In this document: piece after piece, positions 1 to 8,420 of the stretch
Layout: each line of letters opens with the position of its first letter
Position numbering within the stretch: position 1 is the first letter of the stretch
Origin: Halorientalis sp.
GTDB lineage: Archaea; Halobacteriota; Halobacteria; Halobacteriales; Haloarculaceae
DNA: 64,000 nucleotides
Assembly (NCBI GenBank): GCA_042216105.1
Contig: JBDGUF010000015.1
Span: 22,210 to 86,209 of the forward strand
Reading direction: 5' to 3'
Notes under the pieces: generated by a model
Databases searched by the model: none
Seen by the model: only the letters and a program-made list of their open reading frames with translations
Told to the model about the DNA's origin: nothing
Translations under genes and position numbers: made by a program

Positions 1-2
1 CG

Positions 3-347
3 ATCTCGGGACCGGTCGACGCAATTCTCGGGACCTTCGTCCTCGGGCTGTTCGAGGATCCCGAGGCGGTCGTCGACGAGTGGGTCGACCTGTGTCGGTC
101 GGGCGGCCGCGTCGCGGTCCTGAACGTCCAGCGGAGCGACCGAACTCTGACCGCGCCGGTCGACCTCGCGTTCGCGGCGTTACTCTGGGCCGGCTCGCCC
201 GGCTGGGGGATTCCGGACGGCTCCGTGACCGGGACCTTCGAGCGCCGGGTCGAGGCGGGACGGGCCGCACTCGCCGCCCGGACCGAGGACCGCCGCTACG
301 AGACGTTCGGCGGCGGCTACCTCGGTCTGCTCTCCGGCCGCGTTTAG
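3..347 (+). CDS. Class I SAM-dependent methyltransferase, C-terminal part (5' truncated by window)
   Basis: Frame 3 reads ...VDAILGTFVLGLFEDPEAVVDEWVDLCRSGGRVAVLN...GYLGLLSGRV* (TAG 345-347); resembles post-motif II/motif III of UbiE-like methyltransferases. Confidence 0.65.
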   Translation: MSGPVDAILGTFVLGLFEDPEAVVDEWVDLCRSGGRVAVLNVQRSDRTLTAPVDLAFAALLWAGSPGWGIPDGSVTGTFERRVEAGRAALAARTEDRRYETFGGGYLGLLSGRV

Positions 348-383
348 GAACGCTTTTTTCCAGTCGTGTCAGTTGGTGATGAT

Positions 384-1670
384 ATGCTGTCCGCCCAGCG
401 ACTCGCGCCGCTCGCGGTGGCCCTCCTCCTGGTGCTGGCGGGGTGTGGGGCCGGCCCGAGCGACGGAACGGCGACGGACACGGCTACACCGACCGCGACC
501 GACACGACGACGCCCGACGGCACGGACACGTCCCCGGACACGGTGACGCCCGACGCGGGGACGCCGGACGGGGAACGATCCGACGACGGTGGACCGACCG
601 CGTACAGCATCCCGGTCCGGAACGGGACGCTCCCGTTCGACGTGAACCGGACCTTCGCGCGCGTGCAGGGGCTGATCGGGACGGACGTGCGGCCCCGACC
701 GGTCGAGATCCGGAACCTGAGCGAGTGGCGAGGGAGTCTGCCGCGTATCGCGGCGAGTCCGCTCAACGCCGCGCTCGGGTTCGAGAACGTCTCGGTGAAC
801 TGGAGCCGGCCGACGGGACTGACCCGGATAACCGGCTACGTCTACCTCCATCCCGGCTCGGGCTCGCCCGGGACGGTCGAGCGCGTCCTCGCACACGAGT
901 TCGCGCACACGATCCAGTACCAGGCCAACATGTTGCCGTGGCTCGATCGGTTGCGAACGGAGCGGATCCTCACCGATCAGGCGAAGACCTACCGCGCGCT
1001 CCAGGAAGGCGGTGCCGTGTTCGTGGCCGACGCCTACGCCCACCGCTATCTCGACGTGCGGAACAACTCGGCGTTCGTCCGCGAGCAGTACGAGCAGGGG
1101 GGTGCGACCTACCGCTCGGCACTCGCCCCGTACCTGTTCGGCAAGCAGTACGTGGCCCACGTCGTCGACTCGCCGTCGAACCTCTCGGCGGTGTACGAGT
1201 CGTATCCGCGGACGACCGAGCAGCTGATGCACAACTACACCCGCACGGAGGAACCGGAGAAAGCCCTCACCGTCTCGGTGACCGCCGGTCCCTCGTGGCG
1301 GTACCTCGGCAACAACACGATGGGCGAGATGACCGTCCGCCACTCGCTCGGGACGGAGCTGTCCGGCGACCGGGCCGCCGCGGCGGCGGCCGGCTGGGGG
1401 AGCGACGAACTGTCGGTGTTCCGGAACGGTACCGACCTCGACCAGTACGCCTGGGTCTGGACCCACCGCTGGGACGACAGTACCGAGGCCGACGAGGCGT
1501 TCGCCGCACTGGAGGAGTACGGGATCGCCCGGCAGGCCGACGGCGACCGCGACTTCCGGGTGGTCCGGGTCGGCGACGAGACGACCGCGCTGGTGTTCGG
1601 TCCCGAGGCCTTCGTCGACGCCGTCTCGGTCGAGGGGACGACCGCGAACGTGACCGTACGGGTCGGCTAG
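384..1670 (+). CDS. Lipoprotein with HExxH zinc-metallopeptidase-like domain (Hvo_1808-like surface protein)
   Basis: Lipobox LAGC, Thr/Asp-rich linker, LAHEFAH, downstream ALQEGGA glutamate, AAAGWGSD motif. Confidence 0.75.
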   Translation: MLSAQRLAPLAVALLLVLAGCGAGPSDGTATDTATPTATDTTTPDGTDTSPDTVTPDAGTPDGERSDDGGPTAYSIPVRNGTLPFDVNRTFARVQGLIGTDVRPRPVEIRNLSEWRGSLPRIAASPLNAALGFENVSVNWSRPTGLTRITGYVYLHPGSGSPGTVERVLAHEFAHTIQYQANMLPWLDRLRTERILTDQAKTYRALQEGGAVFVADAYAHRYLDVRNNSAFVREQYEQGGATYRSALAPYLFGKQYVAHVVDSPSNLSAVYESYPRTTEQLMHNYTRTEEPEKALTVSVTAGPSWRYLGNNTMGEMTVRHSLGTELSGDRAAAAAAGWGSDELSVFRNGTDLDQYAWVWTHRWDDSTEADEAFAALEEYGIARQADGDRDFRVVRVGDETTALVFGPEAFVDAVSVEGTTANVTVRVG

Positions 1671-2428
1671 TCCGCGTACCGCTCGGCGTGGGCCTCGCAG
1701 AACGCGGGCTCGCGCAACTGCGCCTCGATCACGCCGGGCTGGCGGTGCGGGTTGGCCAGCCGACACGTCTCGTTCTCGCAGAACGCCTCGCCCGTCGCGA
1801 GGTAGTGGTAGGCCTGGAGGACGTACCCCCGGATCGCCTCGGTCGTCCGCGGGTCGTCTTCGACCAGGAACTCCCCCTCGACCTGCTCTTCGAGGACCTC
1901 CCGGGGCGGCGTGTCGCCGCTCACCATCGCCGTGCGCTGTTTCTCCTGGTAGTACTGTTCGGGCTTGGCCGGGCCCTCGTAGAGGCCGGGCACCGAGACA
2001 AGCGCCGGCTGGCCGAGGACGTTCACGCGCTTGTGCCAGCGACCGTCGTGGTCGCCCCAGGTCCCGAGGACGCGGTCCAGAAGCGGGACGTGGAGGTGAT
2101 CGAGCGTGCGTTCGTCCTCGGGCAGGCGCTCGCGCAGGGCGTCCTGGACGGCCAGTCCGTCGTAGATGACGCCGCCGGCCCGTTCGGGGTCGGCGAGCGC
2201 GCGCTCCTCGTAGCGGACGATGCCCAGCATCGTGTTGCCCGTCTCCCGGTCGTGGGGGCTGAGGACCCTGGCCTCGGCGAAGGCCTCGGCGAGGTCGTCG
2301 TCCCGGTCGGCGAGGAACCGGTCCCGAACCTCGACGGTCGCGGGGACGCGCTCGGCGAGCCAGTCGGCGACGGCGTCGGCGTCGGCCGCGGTCGTCGGTG
2401 CGCGATAGAGCGTGACGCGGTCGGGCAT
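1667..2428 (-). CDS. Conserved haloarchaeal protein (DUF7001-like) with degenerate archaemetzincin-like C-terminus
   Basis: ATG 2428 MPDRVTLYRAP; acidic; C-terminal QAYHYLATGEAFCENETCRL...FCEAH. Confidence 0.7.
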   Translation of the reverse strand: MPDRVTLYRAPTTAADADAVADWLAERVPATVEVRDRFLADRDDDLAEAFAEARVLSPHDRETGNTMLGIVRYEERALADPERAGGVIYDGLAVQDALRERLPEDERTLDHLHVPLLDRVLGTWGDHDGRWHKRVNVLGQPALVSVPGLYEGPAKPEQYYQEKQRTAMVSGDTPPREVLEEQVEGEFLVEDDPRTTEAIRGYVLQAYHYLATGEAFCENETCRLANPHRQPGVIEAQLREPAFCEAHAERYAD

Positions 2429-2487
2429 GTCCGGACCTCCGCCGCCGTCCCAGTTACGGGTTTTGGGTCCCGGCCCGATCCGTGGGG

Positions 2488-4482
2488 CTACGCCCCGCGG
2501 CGGGCGGCGACCGCGCCGACGATCACCGCGAGGACGGCGACGAGGACGCCGAACCCCGGACCGCCGGCGGCCGTCCCGGTCGCCGCTCCCGCCCGCTCCG
2601 TCGGTTTCGGGGCGACGACCACCGTCGCCGAGGCGTTGCCGAGCCGGAACCGGTGGGTGCCGACCGGCGGCTCCGTGACGAACGTGAGCGGGCGCTCGGC
2701 CCCGGGCTGGACGACGACCTCGCGCGTCGCGACTGTCGTGTCGTTCCGGGTGAGCGTGAGGGTCCCGGCGGCCGGGATCGCCGCGTCGTTGCGGAGCCGC
2801 GCCACCAGTTCGACCCGGTCGCCCGCCATCACCCGGGACGCGTTCGCCCGCAGGGAGACGACGGTCGGCGGCGACGGGTTCCGAACCGCGACCTCGACCG
2901 TGAGAGACCCGACGGCGAGGGTGTACGTCCCGGGCTCGTCGAAAGCGTGTGAGAAGGTGAGGCGTCGCTGCTCGCCCGGGTCGAGCGATCCCGCGCGGTA
3001 GTCGAGCCGACGCCCGTCGACCGTGAAGACGGCGTCGAACCCGCCGGTCGCGTCGCCGGTGTTCCGGACGATCACGTCCAGCGAGAGGCGTTCGCCGGTG
3101 GCCAGTTCGACCGGCTGGCCGGCGGCGAGCGAGCCGTTGCGGTAGGGGCCGGCGACCCGGAAGCGCTCGGCGGCCGGCGGGAGCGCGTACTCGATCCGTG
3201 CGACAGTCCCCTCGAAGGCGCGCAGGTGCTCGGCGCGAGTCCACATCGACGGCACGGCGTCGGTCGTGGTGTAGCGATCCGCGAGCCGACCGACCGCCGG
3301 GCCCGCCACGTCGGCCACGAGAGCCGTGAACTCCGGTGCCGTCAGCGGTTCGCCGACCGCGTTCATGCGCCGGAAGACGGTCTGGAGCCGGCGGGCGGTC
3401 GCCAGCCGGATCCGACGGTCGAGTTCGCCCGCCACGAGCGCGCCCTTCAGGTAGGGCGTTCGACCGGTCCAGGTCGACGGGTTCGCCAGCACCTCGCCGT
3501 CTTCCGAGCGAACGACACCGGCCTCCAGCCGACTGCTGAAGGCCGGGAAGCCGATCAGCCCCTGGTCGAGCGAGAACAGGGCGGCGTAGTACGTGGCGCT
3601 GGCCTCGGTGAACCAGCGCGTCCCGTCGGTGGCGTCGTAGGCCTGTCGCGTGTGGACGTACTCGTGAATCCAGACGTTGTCGGGGACCCGGAGCCCCTGA
3701 TCGTCCCGCACCCAGAACGACTCGTCGCCGGTCTGGAGCCCCCGGACGGACCACTCGACGGTCGTCGTCGGTGCCGCGATCATGAACACGCTCGCGTCGC
3801 GGTCGCCCACCAGCAACGCGTCCGAGGCCGCCGTCACCGACTCGAATATCGCGCTCCGGGGCGGAGCCAGCGTCGCCGCCGCGGGCACGATCAGCCTGAA
3901 CTGCTGGCCGTTGGCGAGCCGGGTGTACTCGCTGTACGGACCGAGAAACGCCATGGCCCGGCTGGCGACGCCCTCGCCCTCGACGGTCGTCTGCCGGTCG
4001 AGCGTGACGTTGCCGCCGCGCCAGCTCCAGGAGACGCCGATCTGTGGCGTCCGGACCAGCGCCCACGGGCCGGCGTCGACGAAGGTGTAGTCCCCGCGGC
4101 CGGCCAGTGGTCCCGTGGTCTCGCGGGTCTCGTTGACGGACAACCGGTAGGTCAGGCTCGGCGTGTCCGTCTCCCCGTCCCAGACGTACCGGCCGTCCGA
4201 CGCCGAGAACCCGTCGGTCTCGATCACCGTCGCCCGGTCGGACAGCCGGGCCTTCAACTCGACCAGGTTCTCGGGTTCGTCGAACCGCACCGTGACCTCG
4301 ATCTCGCCGGGCCGGTCGGGCGTCAGGCGCAGGTGTGTCGTGAGCGTCAGCGTCCGGCTGTCCTGTGCGAGACTCGTCGTCACGCTCGCGTTCGTCGCCG
4401 CCGGCTCCGCGGTCGCCGATCCGGTCACGCCGCCGAGTGCGAGTACGGCCAGCAGACAGAACGCCAGCACGCGTCGTCTCAT
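2488..4482 (-). CDS. Surface gluzincin-like metallopeptidase with CARDB/Ig-like domains and PGF-CTERM anchor
   Basis: Signal peptide MRRRVLAFCLLAVLALGG; WIHEYVH and WFTEASATYY; PYLKGAL; C-terminal GPGFG-hydrophobic-RR archaeosortase signal. Confidence 0.8.
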   Translation of the reverse strand: MRRRVLAFCLLAVLALGGVTGSATAEPAATNASVTTSLAQDSRTLTLTTHLRLTPDRPGEIEVTVRFDEPENLVELKARLSDRATVIETDGFSASDGRYVWDGETDTPSLTYRLSVNETRETTGPLAGRGDYTFVDAGPWALVRTPQIGVSWSWRGGNVTLDRQTTVEGEGVASRAMAFLGPYSEYTRLANGQQFRLIVPAAATLAPPRSAIFESVTAASDALLVGDRDASVFMIAAPTTTVEWSVRGLQTGDESFWVRDDQGLRVPDNVWIHEYVHTRQAYDATDGTRWFTEASATYYAALFSLDQGLIGFPAFSSRLEAGVVRSEDGEVLANPSTWTGRTPYLKGALVAGELDRRIRLATARRLQTVFRRMNAVGEPLTAPEFTALVADVAGPAVGRLADRYTTTDAVPSMWTRAEHLRAFEGTVARIEYALPPAAERFRVAGPYRNGSLAAGQPVELATGERLSLDVIVRNTGDATGGFDAVFTVDGRRLDYRAGSLDPGEQRRLTFSHAFDEPGTYTLAVGSLTVEVAVRNPSPPTVVSLRANASRVMAGDRVELVARLRNDAAIPAAGTLTLTRNDTTVATREVVVQPGAERPLTFVTEPPVGTHRFRLGNASATVVVAPKPTERAGAATGTAAGGPGFGVLVAVLAVIVGAVAARRGA

Positions 4483-4557
4483 CGATGGCAGGGACGGCCA
4501 GCGTGGACTTAGTTCCGGTGGCAGGTCGCGGTGTCGGGGGTACAGTGCTGGGCTGTG

Positions 4558-4702
4558 TGGCGGTAGTTGTGCGGTCGCGGTGCGGTGGCGGTGCGGTCGG
4601 GCACGAGCGCAGCACCCGCGAGCGCCTGGCGCTCGCGGCAGTTTTTCCCCACGTTTTTGGAAACGGGGGTGCGCCGCGCGCACCCCGTTTGTAAAAAGTG
4701 GG
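4558..4702. repeat. Intergenic palindromic element: GCGGT tandem tract plus two hairpins
   Basis: GCGGT units at ~4559-4598; perfect inverted repeat CCGCGAGCGCC-T-GGCGCTCGCGG 4616-4638; long imperfect stem CCCAC..TTTTT..AAACGGGG / CCCCGTTT..AAAAA.GTGGG 4648-4702. Confidence 0.7.
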
Positions 4703-4707
4703 TGCCG

Positions 4708-5724
<1,017 letters not shown>

Positions 5725-5761
5725 TCATAAACCATCGGGCGGCTAACACATCTAACTCCGG

Positions 5762-7594
5762 ATGAGCTGGCAGTACACCCCGTTTCTCACACTCACGTTC
5801 GTGGCGGCCGTACTGGTGGGCGTCGCGGCGTTCTACGTGCTCCGCCAGCAGCGGGCCTACGAGCCGATTCCCGGGGGGTACACTGCGGTGGTGCTGGCGG
5901 CGACGATCTGCTGGGTGCTGGTCACCTACGCGTTCCAGATCGGGAGCGTCGAACTCGGCCGGAAACTGTTCTGGTACAAACTGAGCTACGTCGGTTTCAT
6001 GCCCGTCCCGGTCCTGTTGTTGCTCTTTACGTTGCGGTACACGGATCGCGACGAGTGGCTCCGGTGGTGGAGCGTCGGCCCGCTGTTCCTGATCCCGGCG
6101 GTCATGACCGGGTTGATGTTCACCAACGAACGACATCGGCTGGTTCTGGCGGAGGTAGAGACGATCGACAACGGAGCGTTCGTGGCCTTGCGGCCGGAGT
6201 ACGGCGTGGCAGTGATCGCGTACGTGGTGATCAGCGTTCTCCTCGCCGGGGTCAGTGTCGCGCTCCTCTCGCGGCGCGCGTACGGGGCGGCCGGGATCTA
6301 CCGTCGGCAGGCGGTCCTGTTGATCGCCGGCACCGTCGCACCGATCGTCGCCGCCGGCGTCTACTTCTCCGGTGTGAACCCCCTGCCGGGACTGGAACTC
6401 ATGACGGTCTCGCTGGCCGTCACGGCGGGGGCGTTCTGCTGGGCGGTGGGCCGCCACGGGCTGTTCACGCTGATCCCCATCGCCAGCCAGGCCGCCGTCG
6501 AGCAGATGGACGACGCGATCGTCGTCATCGACATCCGGGGCCTCGTCGTCAACGTGAACGAACAGGCCGAGCCGTTCCTGACCGTCGAACCCGACGAAGC
6601 CATCGGCGGCTCGGTGGGCGAAGTGCTCCGCCCGTTCGCGGTCCCGCCCGCGCCGACGTCGGACAACCCCGAGAGCGACCGCGAAGTCGTGACCGACCCC
6701 GAGAGCGGGCGGTCCTACCAGCGCACCGGGACGCCGCTGACCGACAGCGACGGCGTCGTGATGGGCCAGCTGGTCGTCCTGCAGGACATCACCGAACGGG
6801 TCCAGCGGGAGCGCCGGCTCCGCCAGCAGAACGAACAGCTAGAGGAGTTCGCGAGCGTCGTGAGCCACGACCTCCGGAACCCGCTGAACGTCATCAGCGC
6901 GCGCTCGCAACTGGCCCGCGAGACCGGCGACGAGGAACACTTCGACGCACTGGACCGGGCGGCCGACCGGATGGACCGGCTGATCGACGACCTGCTCCAG
7001 CTCGCCCGGCAGGGCCAGACCGTCGACGAGACCGAGCAGGTGTCGATCCGAGCGGTCACCGAGGACGCCTGGTCGGTGGTCAACGCCCCCGAGGCCGACC
7101 TTACGGTCGACGCCGACATGTACGTCGAGGCGGACCGCGACCGCCTCCAGCAGGCCTTCGAGAACCTCTTTCGCAACGCCGTCGACCACGTCGGTTCGGA
7201 CGTGTCCCTGATCGTCGAACCGCTGGAGTACGACGCCGGCGACAACGTGGCCGCGGACCCGGGCGACACGGAGACACCCGACGAGGCGGGCGAAGAGGAC
7301 CGCACCCGCACGGGCTTCGCCGTCGAAGACGACGGGCCGGGGATCCCGGCCGAGGAACGGGACAACGTCTTCGACTACGGCCACACGACCGCGGAGGACG
7401 GCACCGGCTTCGGGCTGGCCATCGTCAAGGAGATCGTCGAGGCCCACGGCTGGGAGATCCAGGCGGTGGACGGCCAGCTCGCCAGCACCCACGAGGACGA
7501 CGAGTACGGCGGCGCACGCTTCGAGATCACCGGCGTCACCAGCGCACAGGGACTGGCGCTCGGCGAAACCGACGTGGGATTCGAGTTCGGGTAG
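5762..7594 (+). CDS. Sensor histidine kinase, N-terminal 7TM region plus PAS, HisKA and HATPase
   Basis: Seven hydrophobic segments; PAS-like QDITER; H-box VSHDLRNPL; N-box FENLFRNAVDH; DDGPGI; GTGFGL. Confidence 0.92.
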   Translation: MSWQYTPFLTLTFVAAVLVGVAAFYVLRQQRAYEPIPGGYTAVVLAATICWVLVTYAFQIGSVELGRKLFWYKLSYVGFMPVPVLLLLFTLRYTDRDEWLRWWSVGPLFLIPAVMTGLMFTNERHRLVLAEVETIDNGAFVALRPEYGVAVIAYVVISVLLAGVSVALLSRRAYGAAGIYRRQAVLLIAGTVAPIVAAGVYFSGVNPLPGLELMTVSLAVTAGAFCWAVGRHGLFTLIPIASQAAVEQMDDAIVVIDIRGLVVNVNEQAEPFLTVEPDEAIGGSVGEVLRPFAVPPAPTSDNPESDREVVTDPESGRSYQRTGTPLTDSDGVVMGQLVVLQDITERVQRERRLRQQNEQLEEFASVVSHDLRNPLNVISARSQLARETGDEEHFDALDRAADRMDRLIDDLLQLARQGQTVDETEQVSIRAVTEDAWSVVNAPEADLTVDADMYVEADRDRLQQAFENLFRNAVDHVGSDVSLIVEPLEYDAGDNVAADPGDTETPDEAGEEDRTRTGFAVEDDGPGIPAEERDNVFDYGHTTAEDGTGFGLAIVKEIVEAHGWEIQAVDGQLASTHEDDEYGGARFEITGVTSAQGLALGETDVGFEFG

Positions 7595-7600
7595 CAGCCC

Positions 7601-8347
7601 TCACAGGTCGCCGCTTCTGATCGCGTCCTCGGCCGCCTGCAACGCCGCCTCGCGGTCGAACCCCTCGACGATCGCTTCCAGTTCCTCGCGGGAGGCGTCG
7701 GCGAGGTCCCGGGCGTGGTCGGTGATCCCCGGCACCGCCCGGATGATGTTGTCGACGATCGGGACCGTCGCCGTCTGCGCGGAGCGGGAGAGCGGGTTCA
7801 GGTCGATCACGAGCTCCGTCTTGCCCATCTCGGCCAGCGCCTCGGCACGGTCGCCGTCTTCGAGGGGCACGAGCACCACGTCGGCGTCGCCGATGCCGTC
7901 GGCGTCGACCTTCGCGCGTTCGTGGTCCAGTCCCGGGATCCGGCCGTCGGCGTCGAGACCCTTCACTTCGTCCGCCCCGTGTTCCCGGAGGTGGTCGGCG
8001 ATGCGCTCCATGCGTTTTTCGGTGCGGTTGAACAGGTTGACCTCCAGATCCGCGCCGGTCGCGTCCGCCAGTGCGACCAGTTCGCCGGGCACGAGGGCGG
8101 CGGCGTTACCGTTGACCGAGAGGACCGGGTGCTCGGCCAGGAGCAAGTGGGCGGCGGCGGCCCGTTCCGCCCGGTCGGCGCTCTCCGTGGTGTGCTCCCC
8201 GAGCAGGTAGTCGTAGGCCTCGCCCCGGCCCTGTGCGATCAGCCCCTGCCGAGAGGTGATCCCCAGATCGACCCCTTCCTCGATCCGGTGTCGCGTCAAC
8301 AGCGACTCGTAGCGAGGGTGGCTCTCGGGCACGTCGATCTCGTCCAT
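7601..8347 (-). CDS. pps: 4-phosphopantoate--beta-alanine ligase (phosphopantothenate synthetase)
   Basis: HPRYESL, GLIAQGRGEAYDYLLGE, SVNGN, LEVNLFNRT, VPLEDGDR, IDLNPLSR. Confidence 0.93.
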   Translation of the reverse strand: MDEIDVPESHPRYESLLTRHRIEEGVDLGITSRQGLIAQGRGEAYDYLLGEHTTESADRAERAAAAHLLLAEHPVLSVNGNAAALVPGELVALADATGADLEVNLFNRTEKRMERIADHLREHGADEVKGLDADGRIPGLDHERAKVDADGIGDADVVLVPLEDGDRAEALAEMGKTELVIDLNPLSRSAQTATVPIVDNIIRAVPGITDHARDLADASREELEAIVEGFDREAALQAAEDAIRSGDL

Positions 8348-8420
8348 ACTCGGTCTCGTTCTCCCTGCCGTGAAAAATCACCCGGTGGCCGGCGAGCGGA
8401 CCGGCGGCGCGTCGCCGAGG

